From NCBI RefSeq assembly GCF_001194135.2, contig NC_068998.1, forward strand, positions 24,873,016-24,907,351: a DNA stretch of 34,336 nucleotides. Direction: 5' to 3'. The translations under genes were made by a program, and so were the position numbers. Of the stretch, positions 1-11,730 are shown one piece after another (positions within the stretch are counted from its first letter, which is position 1; every line of letters begins with the position of its first letter). The notes under the pieces are model-generated. The model worked only from the letters and a program-made list of their open reading frames with translations. It was not told the DNA's origin and made no database searches. This stretch comes from Octopus bimaculoides (lineage: Eukaryota).

Positions 1-2956
1 TGTATATATATGTACACACACACACACTTAAACACACATATAAACATACGTATGCATGTATGTGTATGTGAAGTCGGTGCACCTGCATACCAGTAATCCA
101 GTCCTTGAGACCAATAAAATTAATCAATCTTGGATTTTAGGTTGTTTTTTTTAAACTTCTTGTATCATTATTTCTATCGTTAGTCTCCAAGGTCTACTGT
201 TTCATATTGCTAGAAAGATAAATATTACTAGAAAGAAACGAAATCCTTATAGAGACTGGTAAAAGTAAAATTTCTATAAATGATTTTTGAAAAAAATGTT
301 ATTCTGACCCTTGGTTTATTGTGCTTGGATTTTTCCAAATATGGCAACATTATGTCTCCTAAGAGACATAGGATTTACGAGTTTTCTTATTTTAGTTTTA
401 TTGAAATGACAAGCTGTATTGTAAGGTTATATTCTGAGGATATTAATGATAGGGAGATTTCATTTGCAAAATGCATTATTTTTAAAATTTATTGCATACA
501 TAAGTTATGTATGCATATATGTGTGTGTGAGTGTGTATGTCTGTGTGTGTATTAGTGTGTGTTCGTGATGTGTGGTTGTGTTTCTGTGTGTATTTCACTG
601 TGTGTGCGTGTGTAATTTTGTACTGGAAGAGGAAGATTTTCTAAATTGCTTTTTACATTAATACACTTTTGTATGGCTTTCCAAATATTCGTACGTATAC
701 ATATAAAGATTATTACTCATGCACATATATATTCAAATATATTATCTTTCATTTGCTTTCTTAAATTATTTACATTTTAGAATGTTTAGTAAATCACCTC
801 TGTTTACTCTCCTTATGACATTCGTATATATTGTGTAAATATTTATATGGTCCTTGAAACACAAAATAGTTATTCCTTATCGTAAATCATACCTCAACTT
901 TTGTATGTTAAGTTTCAAATATCCGGTTCTGATTTTTTAAAAGTAACTTAGTAACTAAGTTACTATGGATTCTGCATTTGGCATACATACTATTCTTAAC
1001 ACAATCTTACTATAGAAATTTATCGGCCCAAAATATATTTCATTTTGTGTGACATTTTGATACATTTTACAATTCTAACATTGATTACCACTCTAGATGT
1101 GAAATAAAGTGATATATTGATTCGGAAAATTTGTTCCAACTTTTCAGCTCATTCTTTAACATTGCAACCCAATAACGTAGCTGCTTTAAAAGAAGTGTTC
1201 GTAGTACAACTATACTCACAGCACTTAGTAATTATAATTATTCAGTACACGATTGGATTCAATTTAGATTCGTCTAGGCTATCAGTTTAGAAAATCAGAG
1301 AAATATTTCAAATGTCAGAAATACATTTAGATTCCCAATAATTATGTAATTACATTAGCCACTTCCATAAAATCCTTTTTCCTCTATATGATCTATGAAT
1401 ATGATCTATCATGAAATTTGTTATAAAATAGCATATTGATTTGTACAATTGTATTAGTCAATATAGTACGGACGTTTTTCTACTATACGATCTATTATTA
1501 TAGAATATGTTACTGTAACCCATGACTTTCTAAGCATAACATATAACGTTAAAAAGTTAATTACTGAAGCGAATTAGCGTTAATCGTAAACTAATATTTC
1601 ATACACTGTTTATACAGTGAAGCATTTGCAATCATATTCCATTAGTGAGGTATAATCTCTATTAATTGAGTAATATTCTAAATTACCCTGCTATACGAAA
1701 AAGTGTCTTAGAAAATGGGATAATGGCACGTAAAAGCGTCGGATCTGTTAATGACTAGTGAGAGCTACCTATATGGTGTGTTTCATACTTCCCTGACCCA
1801 CCACTTTTTCATAAGCTTTCACTGTTTCATAAACACTGTTTCCTTGACCCACCACTGTTTCATACAAAATTGTATTGGATAAATAGTTTCCTCATTCAAT
1901 TAAGCCATAAAAACATAATTGCATATATTGCATAGTTAAACATATGTGATAAAATGTTTCCATTTACTAATAAATATATAAGAAAATGTATACACTATTG
2001 TCAAACAGGCGCTTCATTTTGAAATGATATTTATGACGTGACATAACTTTGAATGAAATTGTGACTGGTGTAGCTACTACAATTCATACACTATTAAGTG
2101 ACATTGAATATTACTGATTTTTGGCACGAAATAAAAACATACACACTGCCTTCTTGTAAAAATTTTTACATGCAGAAAAAACATAATACTTTAGCTCTAT
2201 TTTTACGTTTTAGCTTGTTTTATAAATTCTTGTTGTAATTCGCAACAACACTAACGTGCATAAAACCAGTAACATGCTTTTAATTATTTTTCCTATGCCT
2301 GATGACGACGGTATGTTGTGTAAGAAGAATTTGTTTTCTTATCTCTAATAAAGACATTGATCTTTGTCCCTCCTCAAAAAGAAAGAAATATCTAAAGAAT
2401 AAGTATGTTTCTTTTAATAAAGTTGCCCGTAACTAATTTTCTTGTATATTATTGCTTTTCAGTCATTTTGTACATTAATTATGTTTTCATTCTGAAATTG
2501 TATTATCTTATTTCATTCCGCTTTAGCTAAACTTTTCAGCGACAAATATTCTATAGACTATATTGTTGATTTTTATAGAGTGTACAAAATAGTGTCCAGA
2601 TTTCGGTAGTCCTTTATTCCATTTAAATCTAAAAGAGAGTATTTTGGTTTCTTTGTTTTGTTTTTGTTTTGTGTTATGTATAACCGAACGTAGTATATTG
2701 ATCAATCTCCATTAAGAAATTCTTTATATTAGTGAAACAACTTGAATTGTCTGTCTGAAATCTTGTAATATAATTATTCATGAATTGCGTTTTGTTGCTG
2801 TTATCTTCAGGAGAGGGTCAATAGATATTGTCATATACTTTGTTTTCTCTGTAAAGCATTATTGAAGAAATTGAAAATATGACTGCGAGAAATCGAACCT
2901 CCATCACTGAAATGATTCATCACAAACTACGTACTATCTATTAGTATTACATAAAG

Positions 2957-3165
2957 AAGGACTCAGATGGCACGCCGAAAAAAATGCTTCGCAGCAATTT
3001 CATCCGGCTTTACATTCTGAGTTCAAATGCCTCTACTATAGACTTTGCCTTTCATACCTTCGGAGTGATAAAATAATGTACAAGACGATCACTGGGGTTG
3101 ATGTCATCGATTAATTCTCGCCTACAAATTCCAGGGCTTGTACCTAGTTGCAAAGATTATTATCA
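2957..3165 (+). mobile_element. tRNA-derived SINE, family A, decayed copy with tail type 1
   Basis: Aligns by eye to the better copies at 17292 and 27670: 'aaatgcttcgcagcaattt...ttctgagttcaaat...gactttgcctttcataccttcggagtgataaaataa...actggggttgatgtcatcga'. B-box-like GTTCAAAT present. Ends approximate. Confidence 0.8.
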
Positions 3166-3628
3166 TATAAGGAAAATGTGCATTTAAGCAAAGAAAAATA
3201 GATAACTAAATCTATATTGGGTTTGTTTTGTTATTGCCTTTTATCATCGTGTATCATATGATGGATATACGCTATTTCTGTCAAGTTGAATAACCATGTA
3301 GTGGCTTGCTGTTTAAGGTTTGTCAAATAACAGAATTCATCTAAGTGATTAGTAATGGCATGAACTGTTTTAACCAGATGTAATACAGGAAGCACATAGC
3401 AAGTGCTTATTATGTTATTGATCAACATAGAGCAGGAGTAAAATTGTTTTCTACGTAGTAGCACACGCCTGTTATAAGCAGTATCTCTCGTAAAATACCC
3501 CAAACATCTAAAAGGGTTTCATAACTCTAAACCTGATATGGATGTATGATAGAATTTTGTCATAAGTTACTACGATTTGTACATGTGTAAAAGTTTAAGC
3601 ACAGCAATAATAGCATCCAAATACGATG

Positions 3629-3651
3629 TAATAATAATAATAATAATAATA

Positions 3652-3697
<46 letters not shown>

Positions 3698-3720
3698 TAA
3701 CAATAATAATAATAATAATG
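3629..3720. repeat. (ATA)n microsatellite, about 30 units, slightly interrupted
   Basis: Seen directly; explains the poly-Ile and poly-Leu ORFs in the track. Confidence 0.98.
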
Positions 3721-3881
3721 ATGAGAAGCGAATACCAAACAGCATGGAAGCCTAACAGTAAGCTGTCGGGAAGATAGATCAAATCTGAAGTTATCATGAA
3801 GTAGGTATTAAGAATATGCAAAAACAATGAGAGAAAGCTAAGAAGCCATCTCAGGAAACTGAAGGAGTTTTCTTGTATGGA

Positions 3882-3882
<1 letters not shown>

Positions 3883-3912
<30 letters not shown>
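3883..3912. repeat. (TA)n microsatellite
   Basis: Seen directly. Confidence 0.97.
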
Positions 3913-3915
<3 letters not shown>

Positions 3916-4019
3916 GATTAGCTCCCGCTTCGACAGTAACATGTGCGTAAAAATGTAAACACTTCTACGAAAACTGCAAAACTGCGACTAAAATTTAAAA
4001 ATTTTAGATTTTAATTACA

Positions 4020-4860
4020 TATGCATCCATATATCCATTAAGTGTCGAAAGAAGAAAGATTTTGCAGAGGCGACAGAGCTTCTTCCAAAGAGGTAAGCCT
4101 GAAAAATTTGAAGAATTTTGAGAAAATGTTGAATAGATAAGGTGATGACGTGAAATTGTCACCACATCAAGAAGTTATAAGAAATATTGAAGAAAGGAAT
4201 ATAATCTATAAGGTATATTCAATTAAAGAAAAAAAGAATCGAAAGCGAACCTACGGAAGTAATAAGAAAGGCTTTGAGGCCAATCTGGCAAGATATGACA
4301 TATCTTGCCAGAGGAAGCTGATATGGAAAGGTGGACGAGCTTTTTAAAAATAAGGAAAAGACGAGGAAATACTCATGAAACACAATGCAGACAGAAAGGG
4401 TGATCTTCTTACCCACTACCTTGGAAGAAGAACTTCCAGAGTCAAGGTGAAGGGAATCACCCTTCAAATAGACATGGCTTGAGTGGCAGCGGCGGTGCTT
4501 CTAGGAAGTGAAAACGATGTAACCATGCTCCAATACACAGAGACGGAGTCCACAAACTGGGAAGGAAAGGTGCTAGGCATCATTATACAAAGATGGCGGA
4601 AACGGTGATAGTGGGAGAAACGGTGTTGGGAGTGTGGGTAGAGAGCAGAATCTCTCGTTGCTATAAATGTAGCCAAATGCGCCACATTACAGTGGACTGC
4701 CCACTAAAAAGCAACAAGGAAGTCCAGAATGAAGCTGAGGAGGAGAGAATGGAAATGGTAGAAATGACCAAGGAAGAAACATAGAAGGTCACGGGAGGAG
4801 GAAGACAGAGGAAGTGGAAGAAGACAGAGGAAGTGGAAGAAGAAAAGTCAATGTTAACTG
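4020..4860 (+). pseudogene. Decayed retroelement ORF1/gag-like fragment with CCHC zinc knuckle
   Basis: CYKCSQMRHITVDC at 4659-4700 fits CX2CX4HX4C. The upstream frame reads GRRTSRVKVKGITLQIDMA*VAAAVLLG with stops and frameshifts, and a charged low-complexity tail follows. Assignment to non-LTR ORF1 is inference; ends approximate. Confidence 0.65.
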
Positions 4861-4908
4861 CCAACCAGTACCTATCCCACCCGGCTGTGATTTGGGGCTA
4901 GCTTTAGT

Positions 4909-5235
4909 GAAGGCGCCTGGCTTAGCGCTTAGGGCATTCGGCTCACGATCGTAAGGTCGTGAGTTCAATTTCCGGCGACGCCTTGTGTCCTTGAGCAAGA
5001 CACTTTATTTCACGTTGCTCCAGTCCACTCAGCTGACACAAATGAGTAGTATCTGTATTTCAAAGGGCCGGCCTTGTCACACTCAATGTCACGCTGAATC
5101 TCCCTGAGAACTATGTTAGGGGCACACGTATCTGTGGATTGCTCAGTCACTTGCACGTTAATTTCATGAGCAGGCTGTTCCGTTGATCTTATCAACTGGG
5201 ACCTTCGTCGTCGTAACCGACGGAGCGCTCTGATT
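4909..5235 (+). mobile_element. tRNA-derived CORE-type SINE, family B1, with 10-bp TSD
   Basis: tRNA-like head (ggcgcctggcttagcg...gtcgtgagttcaatttcc), then 'tgtgtccttgagcaagacactttatttc...cagtccactcagctg...aaatgagta', which resembles the MIR CORE domain. Flanked by perfect direct repeat tagctttagt at 4899-4908 and 5236-5245. Confidence 0.85.
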
Positions 5236-6069
5236 TAGCTTTAGTAGCTCTTTCTACCAAATATTGCGACCATGTAGAGCACCATCATTGACTTGATGCT
5301 ATGTAGTTTCATCACATATGAACCAAAAAATCAGATGACGAAAGAATAGCACTCTACATCTCGTAATCCTTTACGCAGGTTTGAATAAAAGCTGGGTATC
5401 ATAACGTCGATTGAAAAAAAGGATATCTCTTCGTCAATAGTGCAAATAAGTCATCTTCTGTTCATAATACGTTTTCATTATGGCTGCAATATCAATACGT
5501 TTTGCTGGATAACTACAAGAAGTCTTCATAATACTTCTTGGTTTATTATAGTAAAATTGATCGCATCCCTCTTAGTTAAGTCAACGTTCTATCTCCATAA
5601 TATGAATGTTTATGTAAGTAATAAATTAGCAACTTTCGTTTAGATGACCAATCGAGTAAAATATAAATAACATAAACCGTTATTTACAGGGTAAAACACA
5701 CAATCAAGAAACAAGCTGTGATATCATTTTAAGAGGAAAAATACCACGTCTTCACAAAGTTTGCCATGTTATTGCTATTATTGTGGAATAGATTAGAGGT
5801 AAACATTGCTATGGCCACATCGCTATTGCGTTTCGAATACAGCACCACTTGGATCTAGCCGTCTCATCATATACTATTAATAATATAATTTGCATATTGA
5901 ATTTTCTGGAATTCATGAATAGTTTGTTTCCTCGTGTATTGAAATAAATCAATTCTACTTTCTTTACTTGAATACTTTGTTTGTCTTACTTCCCTGGTAT
6001 GGTATATAAAAGAGTTATCACGAAAACTGATCTCTATCTAATTTAGATCTTTACTCTAGCATGACATCC

Positions 6070-6440
6070 AGCTAATATTGCATTATGATGAAAGTAATAT
6101 GGTTGCAACTGGAGATGTCACAACACGTTGCATTCCAGATGAGCGACCTGAACTTCGCTTCTCAAACGAGAAAATTAATATCCTGTCTGAAGGCCTGTCG
6201 TTCATATGCTCAAGCTAAGAGCAAAATTTGCGATGGGAAATCGGCAGCGTCGAAAACTGCTTTAGACACATCATTCAGTGTGACGCAGCAAAAGTAATAT
6301 TTTCTGCTAGCTGCAATAAGAAAGTGGGTGCCCTACGATCTCGCCAGGCACATAGTTCCACAAAGCCCCACACTCAGCTTGTTCATACTCAGAGTCTGAA
6401 ACGTAAAGCAACTCCAATGCTTGAGAACTCATTGCTATAG
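6070..6440 (+). pseudogene. Possible N-terminal fragment of a Penelope-like element ORF
   Basis: About 120-codon frame with one stop, including FSNEKINILSEGLSFICSS*EQNLRWEIGSVENCFRHII. It resembles the L-S-x-G-L-x-F...SVE..R motif I recall from Penelope ORF N-termini. Recall only. Confidence 0.35.
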
Positions 6441-8821
6441 ACGGGGCGGCTCGTCGAAGTGAGTACCACAATGAGATAGGCACCGCTGTTCGTGAAGTAT
6501 TCAAAATAATGTTAGCCGAAGTATGTTTGAAGTATCGTGCTGCTGGAATTATATTTCATGTTATCCCAGTGTTATTCATTGACTTCATTCTGAGAGACAG
6601 TGAATCGAAATATCTTGTGATGCCTTTAAGAGATGGATGTCAACATTCTTAGAGGAAAATTGGTTTAACAATTTCACGCCGATATAACTCACAGCTCAAA
6701 TCTGATTACACATCACTACTCTTCATATTCATAACCTTAAATTCTTGTTCTGCGTTGGATAACCATTTAAACTGAAATGTACTGGATGTCATACTGCAAA
6801 ACAAGTAAATTATGAACATTACGTTAAATTGTTAGGTAATACATGTAGCTAAATATCTTTTTAAAGAAATCATGAAATGCTGTCATTTATATAATGTTAA
6901 GTGAATTTTAAGTATCTTGATATTTTTTCATTGTCTTTGTAAGATTTCGCTTTATGCTGTCAATTCTGAAGACAATAACAGATATCATTGACAGAAAATG
7001 CTCGTTCAAGAAATATAACATTTGAGTTGAAGCCTGAGTAATATGAGTGAAAGGGACAATAGTACTATTGTAAATATCGCAGCTATCTTGTAAAGCGATA
7101 CATATCTATTACAATAAGAGTATACAGGCATCTTTATCTTGTAGCTCAATTTAAAATTCGTAATTTATTTAAATTCTAACTATACAGATGATGAAAATAA
7201 ATTAAGCCTTCACATTCTGATATTTAGAACTCTCATTAGATACATTAAGTCAAAGCTATAAGAACCACGAACAAAATCTAAATTTGAAAGTGCAAAATAG
7301 TTGAGAGGGTGACAGCTTTAATTAAAATCAGTATGTTTATTAGTAATATATCGGTGTTTGGGGGATGTAATTACGTAAAGGACAGCTAATACGTAGGAAT
7401 TCTACAAGCCTAGAGAATGTTACAGATACTAGACATAGCTGCTAATTTTGCTTTAAAGTTCAGTCATTACGGGGTTAAATTTATTTGACATTGGAACATA
7501 ACTGATGTGGTTAGTAACATTTCATTGCTTTCATCAGACTACATTTTGAAATAATTGTCAAATGAAATATATTCTGAGCACCATTAGGTAGCTTAATGCT
7601 CGTGTGACAGCAATGAAGTAACCAATAAATCAGTATTATAACTATTAGCTTTGTTTTATCAAGTACTAAAAGAAGATTGCTGATGCAAATCTCATCAGTA
7701 ATGCAGTCATTAATAGTAAAGCAGATTTAATCATGTGCAAACATTAAGAGTAGTTAAATGATACCTTGTGCAATACTCAAATATCCCACGTATGTTCTTT
7801 ATTGTTTAAATCAAATATACTGATCAGCACTTAGTGTTTCGCGTTAATGTATACATCATTCAGTGTTGTGTTACTGAGTTATACTGCTGTGTTGATTCTA
7901 ACTCGAAATATGATGGCACGTGCGTCTACCCATGGATTTATATCTAGCTTTAGCATCATGTGATATTTTAAACTTAAACTTCGTTCAACTTGTATTTAAA
8001 ACAATGATAATTTAAAACAATGATAATTTATGTAAGATGTTTTTTGTATATAATATACATGTTATTATAATGGATGAAGGGATGATTATTGAATGGTTAT
8101 TATTTTGATATTTTGATATTTTTTAAAATAATTCTTCTATCTTTATATAATAAGTATTTCATATTAATTCATTTGCTANNNNNNNNNNNNNNNNNNNNNN
8201 NNNNNNNNNNNNNNNNNNNNNNNNNNNNNNNNNNNNNNNNNNNNNNNNNNNNNNNNNNNNNNNNNNNNNNNNNNNNNNNNNNNNNNNNNNNNNNNNNNNN
8301 NNNNNNNNNNNNNNNNNNNNNNNNNNNNNNNNNNNNNNNNNNNNNNNNNNNNNNNNNNNNNNNNNNNNNNNNNNNNNNNNNNNNNNNNNNNNNNNNNNNN
8401 NNNNNNNNNNNNNNNNNNNNNNNNNNNNNNNNNNNNNNNNNNNNNNNNNNNNNNNNNNNNNNNNNNNNNNNNNNNNNNNNNNNNNNNNNNNNNNNNNNNN
8501 NNNNNNNNNNNNNNNNNNNNNNNNNNNNNNNNNNNNNNNNNNNNNNNNNNNNNNNNNNNNNNNNNNNNNNNNNNNNNNNNNNNNNNNNNNNNNNNNNNNN
8601 NNNNNNNNNNNNNNNNNNNNNNNNNNNNNNNNNNNNNNNNNNNNNNNNNNNNNNNNNNNNNNNNNNNNNNNNNNNNNNNNNNNNNNNNNNNNNNNNNNNN
8701 NNNNNNNNNNNNNNNNNNNNNNNNNNNNNNNNNNNNNNNNNNNNNNNNNNNNNNNNNNNNNNNNNNNNNNNNNNNNNNNNNNNNNNNNNNNNNNNNNNNN
8801 NNNNNNNNNNNNNNNNNNNNN

Positions 8822-8858
<37 letters not shown>

Positions 8859-8866
8859 ATAAATAA

Positions 8867-8904
<38 letters not shown>

Positions 8905-8940
8905 TGATAGATAGATAGATAGATAGATCGATAGATATAC
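8822..8940. repeat. (GATA)n microsatellite at gap edge
   Basis: Seen directly. Confidence 0.98.
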
Positions 8941-8951
8941 ATATATAAGTA

Positions 8952-10216
8952 CAGCCGTTAGACATAATAATGGAAACACATTAAAATTTCAAACAAATTT
9001 ATTTCAATATTGGAGTACGACCGCCTTTGACTGAAATTACAGCTTGAATTCTATAAAGTATGGACTCGCACAAAGTTCGAATTGTTTCCAAAGGAATTTT
9101 TGTCCATTCTTCAGCTAAAATAGGTTCCAGTTCTTGTAGTGATGATGGTGGAGGATATCGACTCGTTTCCTGTTTTTCTAAAATGCACCATAGATGTTCA
9201 AGAACGCTGCGATGTGGGGACTGTGGTGGCCAGATAAGATGTTCAACTTCACTAGAATGTTCCTCGTGCTATTCAGTAACAACTTTAGCTGTGTGAATTG
9301 GTTCATTATCATCCTGACAGATTGCGTTTTCCTCCGGAAACAGTTACGCAACCATAGGATGAATTTGATCAGATAAAATGCTTAAATAGTCTTCACTATT
9401 AATTCTGCCATGAAAGGAAACCATTAGGCAGGCGGATTTCCAAGAATTATCACCCCACCCCAGATCATTACAGATCCTCCTCCATGTTTAACAGTTGGAA
9501 GAAGGCAGTCTAGGTCAAATGCTTCTATCGGCTGTCTCCACACCTGTACTCGGTCAGTGGTGGCAAATAAAGTAAAGGATGAGTCATCCGAGAAAATAAC
9601 ATTCTTCCACTGCTCTAGGGACCAATTCTGTAGGTTTTTACTCCACTCTAAACACTTTGCAACTTTTGTTTTTGAAAGTAGTGGTTTTGTGATTGCAGCC
9701 CTCCCGTAAAATCCGGCTTTGTGCAGCTACCAGCGAAGAGTTTGTTTGGGGAACTGTGTTCTCGAGGTGGTCATTAAGCTCTGCAGTACTTTTAGGAGCT
9801 GTACTTTTGTGACCCTTTCTAACAATTCGCGTACGAGTCTGATAGTCGCTATCTGAAAGTTTAGGTTTTCTTCCGGAGTTTTGTTTCGACGAGGAGGTTT
9901 TTCCCTCTTTCTCAAAGGCTGTCACTACTTTCGAGACAGTATTTCTTGATACACCAAACATTTCGGTTGATTTCGTCACGCTAGCGCCTGCCATTCTAGA
10001 ACCAATAATTTGATTTCTTTGAAAGTCCGATAGATCTGTCATTTTAATGGATTTTTATTACCTTTTTCTGTTGATATCTGGAAAGAAACGGCAATTTTAG
10101 CAAAACAGATTAAGCAACACTAATAATAAAATAAATAAAAATGAACAAGTTTTATATATGCTTCAAAATTATGATGCTATGATCCTAGGTGTTTCCATTA
10201 TTTTGTCCAACTCCTG
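8952..10216 (-). mobile_element. Tc1/mariner-superfamily DNA transposon, full length, inactive, DD36E spacing
   Basis: TA at 8950-8951 and 10217-10218. TIRs 8952-8979 (cagccgttagacataataatggaaacac) and 10189-10216 (reverse complement caggagttggacaaaataatggaaacac) match at 24 of 28 positions. A transposase pseudogene lies inside. Confidence 0.95.
9004..10042 (-). pseudogene. Tc1-like transposase pseudogene, about 345 codons, with stops and frameshifts
   Basis: HTH N-terminus MTDLSDFQRNQIIG...GVSRNTVSKV...SGRKPKLS; WKNVIFSDDS (D1 at 9588-9586); TVKHGGGSVMIWG; QDDNEPIHTAK (D2 at 9310-9308); WPPQSPHRSVLEHLW (E at 9199-9197); C-terminal KGGRTP. Confidence 0.95.
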
Positions 10217-10218
10217 TA

Positions 10219-10246
10219 CATAAATATACGTATATATGCACACAAT

Positions 10247-10283
<37 letters not shown>

Positions 10284-10475
10284 CACACAGACATACACAT
10301 ACACACACACAGACGCACACACACACACACACATACATACACACACATATATACAGAAAGAGAGAAAGAAAGAGAGATAAACAGATAGCAGGATAGATAC
10401 ACTGATATCAACTAGTTCACATACATACACGCGTGCGCACACACACACACACGCACACACACACGCACACATGTA
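10219..10475. repeat. Compound CA/TA/GA microsatellite tract
   Basis: Seen directly; flanks the Tc1 element. Confidence 0.95.
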
Positions 10476-11643
10476 TAGACATATGTTAACTGCAATATGT
10501 AGAAGCAGAAAAAAATGCTACACAACGTGGATAAGTTATAATAAATCTGTTGTTGCTAAATGTTCAAAACAAAAGGAAGTACTTTATTAGAGCGACAGCA
10601 TAAGAATGAGAACAAGAAAAAGGAAACGGGTGAAGAGATAGGAGCCTGGCCGATACGCACTTCAAATGGGGTTAAAATGCTGGAAATGATATGTGTGCAC
10701 GTATTGCAAAGAGAAAATATATTGAGTTGTGCCAGAGCGGACGTATAGCGGAGTGGACAGTGATGAACTGTGTTGTTGTGTGTGTGTGTAATCGCATTTT
10801 TAGTTTGGAGAGAAATTTTGTGAGGCTCACAGAAAGGCAAGAGGTATACGATTGATGTGCATTCATATGTGGAAAGCTTTACTGTGTGACATGCGTAGAC
10901 ACGTCTACCACTTTCATCTTGTCTTTCTGCATAATCCATTAATTCATTTTCTTATTCCATTTATGTAAATACTTTTTTCTTCTAATGTTTCATTAGAACT
11001 ATTATTCTCAAGCTTTTCTCTTTTTTTTACGTCTCTCTCCTCCCTGACCTCACACCTCTCCTTCGGTTTTGCTTCTGTTATTCATACCTTTTTTTTCCAT
11101 GTAACTCTTGCACATACTTTATCACACACACTACATTTCTTTTGCCTACTCATTTATCTCACTCTCGCAGCCGCGTCCATTTCTTACTTTCACGCTTTCT
11201 CACGCACTATACAATTACACGCAAACACGCACACAAACATAGTTAAACTTCACCCCCACTAACCCATGCTACTATTTTCCACAACTGTAGACCTTTATAC
11301 ACATGTTCGCCGCCGTCAGGTCATCACCATACAAACTCCTCCTCCATATGCACATTTCAAAACACGGATACGGACATATACATATCATCCGCTCCTTCCT
11401 TCTCAACTTAAACCACAGCAACGCGTACTTTGTACTCATCAACCTATTTTTTCACTAATATATTTCTCGTTATTTTAACCCCTATTTTTCTACTGATGAA
11501 TAACTAAGGCCGGATCGTTAAACCTTTTTGTTTGTTTTTAAGAATTAATCTAATACAATGCTTGCAAAAAATTCCCATTCCCATGACTTTTTTCCTTGCA
11601 TTTACAATATATTTTTAACGTTTACCTGCATTTCTTATGTATT

Positions 11644-11667
11644 TATATATACATATACATACATACG

Positions 11668-11705
<38 letters not shown>

Positions 11706-11730
11706 GTATATATATATATGTATATATATA
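11644..11730. repeat. Compound TA/CA microsatellite at gap edge
   Basis: Seen directly. Confidence 0.95.

Noticed and set aside
2880-2905. B-box-like ggttcgatttctcgcagtc on the minus strand
   Set aside because: Too short, with no cloverleaf or recognisable SINE body.
3560-3827. Poly-Ile and poly-Leu ORFs resembling membrane or signal peptides
   Set aside because: They are translations of the (ATA)n microsatellite.
4911-4985. tRNA-like sequence as a tRNA gene
   Set aside because: It continues directly into a CORE-like body and tail bounded by a TSD, so it is a SINE head.
8089-8979. Long ORFs of 180-320 aa here and at 11558-12591, 14575-15123, 18382-19314, 24182-24997 and 31157-31823
   Set aside because: They are open only because they cross N-runs and microsatellites.
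10660-11490. Possible inverted repeat built on ggggttaaaat at about 10668 and 11475
   Set aside because: Similarity does not extend beyond about 11-20 bp and there is no TSD.
2295-11530. CTGATGA motifs (about 2298 and 11494) as hammerhead ribozyme cores
   Set aside because: No correctly placed GAAA core or supporting stems were found by eye.
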